A DNA stretch of 63,330 bases, filler included, from Saprolegnia diclina VS20 (Eukaryota), in NCBI RefSeq assembly GCF_000281045.1. It is 13 parts of 9 records of this genome, joined end to end, with 100 filler letters (N's around TTAATTAATTAA, not from the genome) between each part and the next. Parts side by side here need not be neighbours in the genome. Positions count along the whole stretch, not along the records: positions 1 to 7,392 come from NW_008246288.1; positions 7,493 to 17,212 come from NW_008246290.1; 11 more parts are not named here. One strand, given 5' to 3'. The notes below the pieces were generated by a model. The model was not told the DNA's origin, ran no database searches, and saw only the letters and a program-made list of their open reading frames with translations. Position numbers and translations under genes: made by a program. Shown one piece after another: positions 1 through 11,629 of this stretch (its first letter is position 1; each line of letters starts with the position of its first letter).

Positions 1-1221
1 ACGACGCCCGCCACGGTCACGGTCACGGGCGAGACGATCCCAGACTGGTATGCGGTCCAAGTGGCGCAACTCCGGTCCTTGCCCTTCTCGCTCAAGTACG
101 CGTGGATGCTCGAGCAGATGGCGGCGTCGTACGACTCTCGCAGCGGGTTTACGGTCGCACGCGATAAGCTCCTCGACCAGTCGCTCGCCTTCTTGATGCA
201 GCTGCCACCGACCGAGCTCTGCAGCACGACGCGCGTCACGATGGCCGGCGAAGACGCGCTCGATGCCGGCGGCGTCCAGCGCGAGTGGTACACGGTGCTT
301 GCGCAGGCCATCATGGACGAGTCAGCCAAGCTCTTTGTGGTCACCAACACGCAGGACAACGTGTACATGCTGCACCCGGGCGCAACGTCGCCAGACGATT
401 TGGCCAAGATCGAGGCGGTGGGCCGCCTTCTCGGCAAAGCCATCATCGACGGCCAAGTGCTGCCGATGCGGCTGTGCGTCCCGCTCTTCAAGGCGCTGCT
501 GGGGTCGCCTGTGTCGATGCGCGACGTCTGGTACATGGACGAGACGACGTACAAGAGTCTGCAGTTTGTCGAGGCGACCGACATGGTCGAAGCGCTCGCA
601 CTGGACTTTAGCGTGCTCGTGCCAGCCGTCGATGGCGGCCACGACGTACTCGACTTGATTCCAAGCGGCCGCCTGACCGACGTGACCAGTGGAAACAAGG
701 CCATATACGTGGATGCGATGGTGCGGCATCTGCTCTGCGGTCGGTGGTCGCAGCAGATCGGACGTCTCGTCCGAGGCTTCTACACGGTGCTGCCGCCCGA
801 GCTCCTCTCTGTGTTTGACTACAAGGAGCTGGAGCTCGTGCTCTGCGGTACGGCCGAGATTGACGTCAGCGACTGGCGCACGCACACGATCGTATCGCGC
901 TCGCTCCAGTGTACGAACGCGCTCGAGTGGTTCTGGGACGTGCTCGAGTTTGACATGCGGCCAGAGGACCACGCAAAGTTTCTGCACTTTACGACCGGGT
1001 CGTCGCGCGTGCCATTGCAAGGCTTCAAGGGCCTCACGAGCTACGACGGCAAGCTCTGTCTCTTCACGCTGCACGCGACAGCGTACACACGCGGGTGCCT
1101 CCCCAAGGTGCACACGTGCTTCAACCGCATCGACCTGCCCTTGTACCCGAGCCGCGGCCTCATGAAGGACGCGCTCTTTACACTTCTGCGGCTCGAGTCG
1201 ATGGCGTTTACCCTCGAGTAA
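1..1221 (+). CDS. HECT-domain E3 ubiquitin ligase (5' end outside window)
   Basis: GEDALDAGGVQREWY, FLHFTTGSSRVP and LPKVHTCFNRIDLPLY (catalytic Cys) motifs; frame open from position 1. Confidence 0.95.
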   Translation, partial: TTPATVTVTGETIPDWYAVQVAQLRSLPFSLKYAWMLEQMAASYDSRSGFTVARDKLLDQSLAFLMQLPPTELCSTTRVTMAGEDALDAGGVQREWYTVLAQAIMDESAKLFVVTNTQDNVYMLHPGATSPDDLAKIEAVGRLLGKAIIDGQVLPMRLCVPLFKALLGSPVSMRDVWYMDETTYKSLQFVEATDMVEALALDFSVLVPAVDGGHDVLDLIPSGRLTDVTSGNKAIYVDAMVRHLLCGRWSQQIGRLVRGFYTVLPPELLSVFDYKELELVLCGTAEIDVSDWRTHTIVSRSLQCTNALEWFWDVLEFDMRPEDHAKFLHFTTGSSRVPLQGFKGLTSYDGKLCLFTLHATAYTRGCLPKVHTCFNRIDLPLYPSRGLMKDALFTLLRLESMAFTLE

Positions 1222-1487
1222 TAGGCGATGTGGACTATGAACATATGATTGTGGATTAGCTTTGTGGTCTAGGTGCGTCTCTACATGAACGATCGATCTG
1301 AGTTCTAGATATGGAGCAATCGGCGCGCTGCCAGAGACATTGCTGCGTGTGCGCGTTGGTGTGATGACGTGGCAGCCGCCGCTACCGGCATATTTACAAC
1401 GACCATCACTCACACTATTCCGGTTAAAGAAAGGTCGGATCCGGATAATCAAACGAAGCAAACTCGCAACAATCCGTGACCGCAGCG

Positions 1488-3035
1488 ATGGCAGCCCGCC
1501 AAGCGTTGACGCAGGACGACCTCTGCCGGCTGGTGTGCAGCTACCAGGCTGGCGTCTTCTTTGACGTGCGTCCGCGCTTCTGTGCCTACCACAACTCTGT
1601 GCTGTACGAAGCCGCTGCGGACGAAGACGAAGAGGCCGAGTACGTCGTCGACGACGGCTTTGCCACGAGCGCCAAACACCTCGTTCGGGATGTTTCGGGC
1701 CAAGACAGTATTGCATCAAGCGATTTGGGCCTCGCTGTTGACGAAGGGCCGGACGATCGCTTCCCGCTGCACCTCGCCATCGCCGAAGGGGCCCAAAGCG
1801 ACGCGCTTCGCATCCTCGCGTGCCGTCCGGACCTCGCCAGCGAAGAAGCCATTGACGTGGCCATCTTGCACAACCACATTCCGCTCGCGCAATGCCTCAT
1901 TGACGTCAAGATGCAATGGCCAGGCCTCGCTTGTCGCCGTTTCCCGAGGGGCTGGAGTCACCTCGAAAAGGTCGGGCGGTCGCTCATCTACAGCGTCGTC
2001 GCGCGCGATTCACCCGAGGCCTTTGACTTTCTTGTCGCGTACCAAGGCACTCTCAAGTGGCCCGATGACCTCCTCAACCATGCGATTCGGTACAGCGCAC
2101 CGGTGCTCGCTGCCATCTTGTATGCGAGCGACCCGGGCCTCGCCGACGATCGCACGTTTGACGCTGCGGCAGCCAAGGGCTACTTGTCCTTGGTGCAGCA
2201 GCTCCACGCAGCTGGCGTCGCGTGCTCGACCAAGGCGATGGACGAAGCAGCGAAGCATGGCTTCTTGGACGTTGTGCGTTTCTTGCACGAGCATCGGACG
2301 GAAGGCTGCACCGACGCGGCGCTCCGGGGCGCGAGCGAGGCTGGTCATTTGGACGTCGTGCGCTTCTTGGTCGATTTTCGAGCGGAAGGTGATCTCAGCG
2401 CTGCGTTTGTAGCTGCCGCCAAAGCAGGTCACTTGCATGTCGTCGAGTACCTTGGAGGCGTTCGCGACGGCTGCGTCCATTTGAAAACCACGCGAGAGAC
2501 GCGCTTTGGCCTTGTCGCAGATGTGCTAGCGACTGGTGGCTTTGACGTCTTGCTCTACTTGTCGCAGTACGACCGCATCTACCACCTACCCCGCGACTGC
2601 GACGACATTACGGCGCTCCTCCAGAGTAAGGACCCGATCGCCGCCGTTCGCTACATCGTTGAGCGTGGCGTCCAGTGGAGAGCGGCTTGGATGGACAAGG
2701 CGTGTGGCATGGGCCACTGGGACCTCGTTCAATTCTTCCACACGTACTCCCCCGCCAAGTGCACGGCCGACGCGTTGCAGAAGGCGGTGGCGTCGGGCGA
2801 TTTGGACATTGCAGCCTTCCTCATGGACCACTGCGACCGCGATGGCTCGGCAGACGCGTTCACAAAGGCCATCGAGACCGACAACGCACGCATGCTCGAG
2901 TGTCTCTGGGACCGGTACCCGAAATACCGCGGCGAGCATTTGCTCCAAGCAGCGCACAGGAGCGGACGTGAAGCATGCATGGCATTTCTACGCCAGCGCT
3001 ACGATGACGATACTAGCGACAAGGAACCAGTGTAA
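1488..3035 (+). CDS. Ankyrin-repeat protein (oomycete-expanded type)
   Basis: Repeated (A)MDxAAxxGxLxVVxFL units, e.g. CSTKAMDEAAKHGFLDVVRFLHEHRTEGCT; ATG at 1488. Confidence 0.88.
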   Translation: MAARQALTQDDLCRLVCSYQAGVFFDVRPRFCAYHNSVLYEAAADEDEEAEYVVDDGFATSAKHLVRDVSGQDSIASSDLGLAVDEGPDDRFPLHLAIAEGAQSDALRILACRPDLASEEAIDVAILHNHIPLAQCLIDVKMQWPGLACRRFPRGWSHLEKVGRSLIYSVVARDSPEAFDFLVAYQGTLKWPDDLLNHAIRYSAPVLAAILYASDPGLADDRTFDAAAAKGYLSLVQQLHAAGVACSTKAMDEAAKHGFLDVVRFLHEHRTEGCTDAALRGASEAGHLDVVRFLVDFRAEGDLSAAFVAAAKAGHLHVVEYLGGVRDGCVHLKTTRETRFGLVADVLATGGFDVLLYLSQYDRIYHLPRDCDDITALLQSKDPIAAVRYIVERGVQWRAAWMDKACGMGHWDLVQFFHTYSPAKCTADALQKAVASGDLDIAAFLMDHCDRDGSADAFTKAIETDNARMLECLWDRYPKYRGEHLLQAAHRSGREACMAFLRQRYDDDTSDKEPV

Positions 3036-3339
3036 TTTGATGTGCTAAAACACAGTATATTGCTTGGTGTTTGGGGCGCAAGTCCCCGAGAGCGATTTCC
3101 TGCCGACAAGCTCGACATTCCAGCGTTTGAACACGGTTTCAAGACGCTGTCTCCATACTCTGTATGACCCCAGTGTTCATCATTGTATTCAGAAAAGCGG
3201 GGCCGCTGTTCGTCGTCGCAAAAGAAGGTAAACGGTTAAAAACCTATATAACCCAAATCACACTATACTATTTCATAGCCGAAATAGAGTGAGCTGAAAA
3301 TACAGTGCGATCGAACGTTCACTGCGGCGACGACGAGCG

Positions 3340-5241
3340 ATGGACGACGCGCTGTTTGAGACCGAGTACGACGTCGTGATCGTGGGCACGGGCATCGTCG
3401 AGTCCATCGTCGCTGGGTAAGCGCTCTCATGACGTACTCCGACCGGCCTCCTGCATGCTGCAGCGTAGCGCCCTCGCCCGCGCTGGCCAGAAAGTGCTGC
3501 ATCTGGACACCGTAAGTACATGGTCTCGCCGTCGCCGACGTCAACACGCGTGCGTAGAACGACTACTATGGCTCCAACTTTGCCTCGCTCAACTTTGACC
3601 AGTTTAACGCCTGGATGGACGCGCCGATGGACGCGAAGGCGCCGTTCGCCTCGACGTTTCACTGCACGCGGCTCCACGAAGCCCGCGCCGACGGCTTTGC
3701 ACCGCGCTCCAATGCGTTTAGCTTGGACATCCAGCCCAAGGTGCTGCTCTCGTCGAGCCCGCTCGTCGACGTCCTCGTGCACTCGGGCGTCGGCCGGTAC
3801 CTCGACTTTATGGCCATGCACGAGACGTGCATGTTTACGCCGCAGCCGCCCCGTACGCATGTTCCGCCTTCGACATCGTCTTCTTACGCATGTAGATCCG
3901 CCCGTGTGGCAAGTACCGTGCTCCAAGACCGACGTCTTCAAGAGCCGTCTCTCGGTGCTCGAGAAGCGCCACTTGATGAAGTTTCTCCAATTTGTCGCCG
4001 ACTATGGTAGTCCGACAAGGTGTGTGCGAAGCTCACGTGGCCGCGTAGGCGACGGTGACGCAACGACGCTCAACGAGCGCGACCTCGCGGTGGGCCGCGC
4101 GCTCAAGCGGCCCCAGAACAAGCGCAACCAAAAGGACGCTCTCGGAGCGCTCGACACGGCTTCGGACTTTGTCGCAATGCTGCGCGACCATTTCAAGCTC
4201 TCGCCTACGCTGCAAAACGTCGTCTTGCACGCTGTGCTGCTGCTCACGACAGCACCAAGCGCGCCGCTGCCGCCGACGCCGAGCCTCGACCGCCTCTACG
4301 GCTTCCTCTCGTCCATCGGCCGGTTCGCGCCGTCGCCATTTCTGACGCCGCTCTACGGCATCTCGGAGGTCGCCCAGGCCTTTTGCCGCCTCAGCGCTGT
4401 TTACGGCGGCATCTACTACCTCCGCGCGCCGCTAGCCGGTGTGTTGACATCCGAGAAGCTTGTGACGGGCCTCACCACGTCGACGCCCGAGAAGAAGACG
4501 TGGAAGGGCCGTCACTTTGTCTTGAACGCCATGTACGCGTCGTCCTTTGGCGTCGCGCCCCATACGACGACGCGGCTGCTGCGCGGGCTCTTCCTCCTCC
4601 CGGGGACGCGCCCGCGCACGGTGCTGGTCGTCCCACCAAAGATGCTGCTCGAGCACCCGTATGCGATGCACGTCATCTCGCTGGACAGCACGACGGCCGT
4701 GTGCCCCGCCGAGTACACGCTCGTGCACGTCTCGACGCTCACGAACGAAGCGACGACGACCGCAGCCATGGTGCACCTCGTGCAACACGTGGTCGCGTCG
4801 TCCTTCCCAGAGTCGCCACCGGTCTGGGAAGCCATCTTTACACTGCCCGTCTACGCGCCGTCGTCATCCTCGACGCGCCCGCATAACGTGCACGTGTGCG
4901 ACGTCCACACGTCCGTGGCGCTCGAGTCGGTCCTCGAGTCGGCGGTCGACGAGGCAAAAGCCATTTTCGAGGCCATTTGCCCTGGCGCCGAGTTCCTCCC
5001 AAAGTCGGCGTCCGCCGAACAAGCGGAAATGGAAGCTGCAGCCGAGAACGACGAGACCGCGCAGCTCTTGCAAGCCGCGACCAACCTCCTGCACATTGAC
5101 GACGACGTTGGGGTCGCTTCGACGCCGGTCGTTGGAACGCCCGAGGTCGAGACGCCGGCGGTTGCAGCGACGTTGGTGGTCGAGACACCAGCGTTGGTCG
5201 AAGCACCGGTCCCCGCACCGACGGCTAGCTACGACCTCTAG
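3340..5241 (+). CDS. Rab escort protein / Rab geranylgeranyltransferase component A (GDI/REP family), multi-exon
   Basis: Spliced N-terminus MDDALFETEYDVVIVGTGIVES...LARAGQKVLHLD...NDYYG; later VPCSKTDVF, LEKRHLMKFL and PLYGISEVAQAFCRLSAVYGGIYYL; four short GT-AG introns between ~3417 and ~4048. Confidence 0.9.
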
Positions 5242-5311
5242 TCTTTTGAGCTTGACGCGATACGCTGCTTGCATCACAGTGTGTTAGCCAATAAAATACG
5301 CAGTTAGCGAG

Positions 5312-5779
5312 CTACTCGGTCAGTATCCAGCAGAGGTCGTCCATGCCCACGTCCAAAAAGGTCGCGAGGCCGTCCGTGGGCGGCAGCTCCATCTTGGAGG
5401 GCAGTCCGAGGCGCTTTTCGATGGCCACTGGCGTCGGCGGCGACGGTGGCGCTTGGCGCGGCCGCCGTGAGACGTGCGGGAGGAGCTGCGGCGCGTCGCG
5501 CGTGAAGAACGGGCAGCCGTACGTGCACACGACCGCCTTCTGCTTGGACCACTTGCGGAAGCCAAAGTAGTTGAGCTGGCGCTGGAACGACGGGTACTTG
5601 GCGTGGCGAAAGTAGCGCGGCAAGATCGAGGTCGCGAGCTTGTCTTGGTCGCGGATCTCAAACGCGAGGCCGTCGGGCGTCCACGCCAGCACCGTCGGGT
5701 CCTCGACCGCCAGCATCGTGTACAAGCTCTGCACAAATGTCGGGACGCCATGGCTCTTCATGCTCAGTGTCGACTTCAT
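5312..5779 (-). CDS. HSF-type DNA-binding domain transcription factor
   Basis: VPTFVQSLYTML...LAWTPDGLAFEI...ILPRYFRHAKYPSFQRQLNYFGFRK. Confidence 0.93.
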   Translation of the reverse strand: MKSTLSMKSHGVPTFVQSLYTMLAVEDPTVLAWTPDGLAFEIRDQDKLATSILPRYFRHAKYPSFQRQLNYFGFRKWSKQKAVVCTYGCPFFTRDAPQLLPHVSRRPRQAPPSPPTPVAIEKRLGLPSKMELPPTDGLATFLDVGMDDLCWILTE

Positions 5780-6041
5780 GCTCGGCCGGCAAATCGGAAT
5801 CTGTCACGAACGTCCCGCTACCCGCGCCCTGTCGCTTTGGCCTCATAGCCAGGCCAAGTCGTCCCTCTGGCCCGTCTTCGCACAACGGTTCAAGCTGGGA
5901 CGGAGGCGGCTGACTCGCCCGTTGCCGCTACAACGTCCTTCTTCGCCTCCTCCGGGCTCTGCGAGATGACAAAACATGCATTCTTTTTCTCCATCAACTC
6001 GCCATTTATACTACGACTGCGTAGTAAGACGGACTAGAGAG

Positions 6042-7099
6042 CTAGAGACGCGAGGCGGGCGACCGTTGCAGCGTCGCGCGGATCATGCCATGGGGCTCGT
6101 CCGTCGGCAAGAAGACTTCGCCGTGCGGGTGGAGGTTCGGGAGGCCAAAGTGCGCGAGGTTGAGCGGGAGGTTGTGGATGTTGGGCATGTACAGCTCGAT
6201 GCGGCAAATGCTCGGGATACGCTGCAGCACGGCTTCGCCCATCTGGAAGAGCGTCGACTGCACCGCGGGGCTCGCCACGCCAACGTCCGAGGGCCCTGCA
6301 AACACGTCCAGCAACGTCGCGCGCACGGCAGCGGCTGTGGCTGCGTTCGCCGTCGGCGTCGCGTACGCCCAGTGCGCCGAGATGGACGACGACACGAGGC
6401 GGTCGGGCACCTCGGGCAGCGTCGTGTACTGGTCTTTCAGAAAGCCCACAAAGCTGCTCTGCGTCGTCTTGAGCACCTTCAAGCCCGTAAAGCCCGACGC
6501 TAGCGTCATATCGACCGTGCCATTCGCCTGCAGTTCCGCGGTGGCCCTACGAGATACAAGCCGTGTGCGAATGTGGATGGAAAGAGGGTCATATGTACGT
6601 TGCATGGCGCGTCTCGGTGCCGCCTTGAACGAACGCGTGGTGGTGCGGGCGGGCATGGCCTTTTGAATCCTTCGTGACGAGGCGATCCCATTGTGTCTCG
6701 ACCAGCTTGACCTTGGTCTTGTGGATCTACAGCAGACCATCACGTCCAATGTGCATCGACGAGGCGACGACGTACGACGCTCGGGTGCGCGACCACAAAG
6801 TGCTTGGCCAAGATGAGCGCAAACTCTTCGATGCAGCCAAACTCGTGCTTCTTCGCCAGCGCATGCACTGTATTCTTGACAGTGTCGGTCGGCAAGACGG
6901 CGGCGTTGTCGCCCGTCACGAACGACGCGCGGTCGGGGCCTTCCAGGAGCACCTCGGCCTCGAGCTGCGTGACGAGATGCATATCGGGGCGCCGGGTCAC
7001 CTGGCACAGCAGCGTCAGCTATGCGTCTGCATGCCATGCTACCTTGAGCAAGCGCACGCGGCCCTTGCCATGCTCCGTGTGGGTGATCTCGACTGGCAT
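6042..7099 (-). CDS. Uricase (urate oxidase), multi-exon, with PTS1
   Basis: MPVEITHTEHGKGRVRLLK|VTR..., VLPTDTVKNTV, signature LKVLKTTQSSFVGFLKDQYTTLPEVPDR, MPNIH; C-terminal SRL. Confidence 0.95.
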
Positions 7100-7492
7100 C
7101 TTCGTCCTCTTGGCAATATCGGAATATGGAACTCTTGCCAAGGCAAAGCAATTTTAATACAAACACTGGTGCGAATTTGCACATTAAAATACTTTGAAAT
7201 CAATGTTGCATACAGAATGTTCGTTTCTGACAAAATATTTAAATAAATACACAGCGACCGACCAGATTTGGGCTCCAAGTTGAAGTTGCGACCAAGATCG
7301 CAATCTCAGATGGCGCGTCAGTATCAACGGACTGGACTCTGGCACCACCTCTCGACTCTGGTGAGCTGCTTGTCGACGTCTGCCTGGTCGAGNNNNNNNN
7401 NNNNNNNNNNNNNNNNNNNNNNNNNNNNNNNNNNNNTTAATTAATTAANNNNNNNNNNNNNNNNNNNNNNNNNNNNNNNNNNNNNNNNNNNN

Positions 7493-7625
7493 AGCCGGCC
7501 CAAGGCACGCCGCCGTCAGAGCCGGCCCGCAGCCAAGACACGCCGCCGTCAGAGCCGGCCCGCAGCCTCGACACGCCGCCGTCAAAGCCGGCCCGTTACC
7601 TCGACACGCCGCCGTCAGAGCCGGC
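7493..7625 (+). repeat. 33-bp coding tandem repeat (~4 units, PARSLDTPPSE-like)
   Basis: Unit gccggcccgcagcc(aa/tc)gacacgccgccgtcaga repeated next to a gap, in frame with the downstream ORF. Confidence 0.85.
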
Positions 7626-9893
7626 AAGCACGCCCGGTGACGACGTACCGGCGCCCGACGCTGGCAATGCAGCCGAGGCCGCCTTCATCAAATGGCAAAT
7701 CGAGGATATCAAGGCTCGCATCCAGATGTGCTCCGAGACCGCACGTTCTCATGTGCAAGCGCCGCTGGTGGTGCCCCCGACCAACTCGGCGTATTGGGAC
7801 ATTTGTGGCGCACTGCCGTCCAACCTTGCGCCAGCGAGTTACGCAACGGCGACGCTTGAATGTCTCGCCCACGTCATGCCGTTCCTCGACTCGATCTACG
7901 CCGTTCGCAACCACGCCTTTGCGATCAGTCTTGCGGCGCTGCTCGTCGACATTCGTGGTGACAACGTGGGAAAGTTTGGCATCAAGCACTTGGTGCTCGG
8001 CACGCACCGTGGCGAACCCCAAGAGCCCATGGCGTATTTCACGTGGCTTATGGCGAAGATCTTCTCGACGGCTGTCCCCGAGCGTATCTTTGGCAACAAG
8101 GAGCACTGGGGCAAGCCGATGCTCGCCCCGACGCATGACGTGCTCGTGTGGGAAGTCAACGTGGGCGACGAGTTGACAACAACGCTTCATGATGGGGCGT
8201 ACCACCTCACAGCTTTCGTCGTCCGCGAAGGTGAAGTGAGGCCCCAGTACATTGCGCTTGTTCAAGACGTCAATGCCTGGTTGTGCCTCCGCGACGGGTT
8301 TGCGAAGTTTGTAACCACCGCCACACCCACGCTCGAAAACCAACGAGCTTGCTTGGCCTTCTACACGAGAGATGGCCGCTCGGCGCCATCTTTGCCGACA
8401 CCTGAGCGGTACCATTTACGTCGTACTCACACTACCTCACGTCGTGTTGCAACATCGCGTAGACGCACGAGCTGCGTGTCGTCCGAGTTTGACGATTACG
8501 ATTACGACATGCTCAGTGACGAGTGGACGCCGGACGAGGCCAACTCGATCTCTTCGCCGGCCAATGACCCGGTGACGCCGACCCGTGTGCCGAGCACGGA
8601 GCACAAGATCAGGACGCGGCTACTGAACCTCGAGTTGCGCATGGTCGCGCAAGCAGCCGGGAAGCCGCAGAAGCGCGACTCGTTCGACGAGTCGTTGCGT
8701 CTCGACCGTCGTTGGATTGCGATGGTGAAATGGAGCGTCTTCAGCATGACCAAAGACCCGTCGCGCTGTGATGAGATACTTTCCGAGCTCGCGCCGGCGC
8801 TAGAGATACCCGAAGGCGTCGACGCGTTCAAGGCGGTCATGATCATCGCAGAACACGAAGACCTGCGGCGCCTGCTCGCGCTGTGTGGCAAAACGATCAT
8901 GGGCGACACGCTCGTTGGCGGCAAGGCGGGTGGCGGCAGGTCGCGTGGCCCGATTTTCAAAGAGCGCCGGCGTCTGCGCATATCGTCGGCCGTCCTTCAG
9001 GACCCCGCACCTGAAGATTATAACAACAAGCTCAAACGTGCCCAGAAAGCTTGGTTCTCGAACGAGCCGACAACGATGGTGCAGCCTTTCATCATTGACG
9101 TAAGTACTCTTATCTCACGACCGCGGCACTGATACTTGTATTTCTGTAGTTAATCTGGAGCGGGCTTCCAAAAGCTCTCGTGCCGTGGTTTCGGCGCGTC
9201 GAAGAGAAGGACTTTCATCCGCACCAGAAAGACAGGTCCAAAAAGGACGGGATGAGCACGAGTGACGACACTACGCCGGGTGACGTCACGACACTCTACG
9301 TCTACGTCGTCGACGAGTTTGTGTGCGACGCGGTCTTTTTGCTATGCAAGGAGTCATGCGTCTGGCTCGAGCTCAAGCTGCCCCAAGACAACAACTTGCT
9401 GGCGGCCCTCAAGCCGCGTATGCTGCTCGGTATCAACCTCATGCTCGCGTTTTACCCCCAGGTCAAACCAAAGTACATGGACGAAGCCAGAGCGAACCTC
9501 GACAAGACGATGTACGAGTACCTCAACGAGATCAAGGCCTTTGTCGAGGCGATTCCTACGACCACGCCCGTCGACAACACGGCTACGGAGCAGTACAACA
9601 CCATCATGAAGGCCTCGGGGCGCTTCCAGAACTGCGCGGACATGACATGGTACGGCCGTGAGGATGGACGTACCTTTTACGCAGCAAAGACGCTCGATTA
9701 CGCCTTGATCTACAAGAAGTGCAGCGTTTCCGGGTGCCGGACCGAGGGTCGGGTCTCTGGTCTGCGTCGCTGCTGCACACATAGCTGCGCGACCTGCACC
9801 GAAGCCGGGTGTGAAAAAGTTGCTATCACAAAAGACCGCCTTTGCAACGTCCACTTCGACCAAAAGAAGTCACGCCGTCCAGCTGAAAAGTAG
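7493..9893 (+). CDS. Uncharacterised protein: degenerate USP/UCH-like domain plus C-terminal CxxxGC...CxxH fingers (5' end in gap)
   Basis: Open frame from the gap to 9099; intron 9100-9149 (gtaagt...ctgtag) joins in frame to the 9150-9893 exon; USP Cys-box and His-box look-alikes. Confidence 0.7.
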
Positions 9894-9957
9894 TGCAACT
9901 CAATATATGTCATGGCTTGTGTCAATGTGTCCGCGCACCACCAATGATACCGTAGTG

Positions 9958-11500
9958 CTACGAACGGCAGACACTGGGTCGGCGCACTAGCCACATTATA
10001 TTACGAGGGCAAGTGTCGAAATCGAACGAGTCTAGTTCACTTGACAGGAATGACGTTTTGCAAACTGACCTCCGACACGCAAGCTGAAAAGGGAAGAAGC
10101 GTATTTGGTTGGCGACCTCCAAGTAGTTCACGGCTTTGCCGGTGTTGAAGTGCAGAGCAAGCGCCTGGGCGTTGACACTTGCATGGAGCAGTAGCATACC
10201 ATGGGACGAAACATTGTGCGACGCGCGGGCGCCTCAACCACTCGCCTAAGACGCTGAGGAATTACCTCGTGCTGGAACGCTGACCGCGTGATGGGCTTTG
10301 ACGTTGCTGATCGCTGCCTGTCGAGCCGTCGCCATCGCACCAATGCCGAAACAGCCGCGCATGGTCGGGCTGATGTTCTTCTTCACGCGGAGAATGAGTC
10401 GGGGACGCTGGAGCTGCTTGGCCCGCTGAAGCCGCGCCGCCAATGCCGCATGGAGGAAGTGCTCGAGGGATCAGTATCCCGAGAAACCCGCGAAGCGAGA
10501 ATTGCGCCATGTCTTGGACGTCGTCTTCGAGATGAGAGAGGTCTTCTTCTCATGTGCGCAAGAGACAATGATAAACGTTGAGGACCGTGAGGAAACACGG
10601 CGACGCTAGCGCAGAGTCCAACACGTGACGAGCTGCTCGCTGACGCACGAGATTGAAACGAGCCGAGCTTCGACAACGATGCGCGCCGACTGCATCCGAG
10701 AGTGCTTGTCAGCGTCACGGACACTCGCTAGGAGTTGCAGACATGTCTTGAGGACGCGCGCGCTCGTTTCCAGCTCCCTTCGTCGTGCTGCGATACGTCT
10801 GACGCGTCGCGTGCGCTGCTTGACGTCGGCGGCTTCGCACACACGACGTGGCAGCCTAAAAGGCGACAGGCGCGGAGTGCCAAGGGCTGCGCCAGGGATG
10901 CACGGCTTTTAGTCGTTGTTGATAAGCTGTAGAACGCATCGAACGTCGTCGTCGCAATCACCATCCAGAGGTCATACCGAGAAACGGGCTCGTAAGACTT
11001 GTCTCGGTGGTCGCAGAGCGCAAGAGCCGTGCGCTCGACGCAGCATTCGACGAGGCGCAGCTCTTTGCCAACAAGCCGCGGTCCGTTGCTCGCGCCAAGA
11101 GCTGCGACAACGACTGGCTCGGCGAAGCCGATGTGCTGGCGCGCCAATGCCCGCGGGCATGGCAAATCGGCGGTGCACATCTGTGACAAAAGGGGGCACT
11201 TGGGTTTTGAACTGTGTGTTTCTTTTGACATGTCTGTATGGTATGTATCACCACTCTAAAAACACGCCATGAAAAACGACTCCAGCGGGAAATCTCTGCT
11301 TTTGGCACGAGCCGCTTTCGACAGAATGGTGGTCCCGAATGATGCTTGCGAAAGAAACCTTCGTGGCGGTCATGATGATGAGCTTGGAGTAGGTATCGAA
11401 GTGGACCTGGGTGACTTCTCTACATGTCGTTCAAGGTCCGCTTCGCAGCTGCGCGGTAGTCTTAGCTAGCTCGTCGTGAATCTGTGCGACGAATCCGTGA
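9958..11500 (-). pseudogene. Coding-like but broken minus-strand sequence of unknown family
   Basis: Several short overlapping ORFs and splice-like signals that cannot be joined without stops or frameshifts. Confidence 0.25.
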
Positions 11501-11629
11501 GTGAAGGACGAACTCACGGATTGCTGCCCAAATATGGATGTACTGGTACGCATTCAGGACCCGAAGAGGAATACGTCGTTCACGTTACAAATAATCGTCT
11601 TACTCGAGTGATGCTACCCGTACGCTTAC

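Noticed and set aside
322..1719. Long antisense ORFs over real genes (also 20269-21408, 32891-33892, 41564-42985, 59603-60964)
   Set aside because: Shadow ORFs caused by high GC3 codon bias
7393..7492. TTAATTAATTAA embedded in N runs, repeated at many gaps
   Set aside because: Artificial gap linker with stops in all frames, not a biological repeat or CRISPR
11492..11522. 11-bp stem AATCCGTGAGT/ACTCACGGATT
   Set aside because: Short, overlaps a splice-donor-like sequence in a degraded region, and no function can be supported
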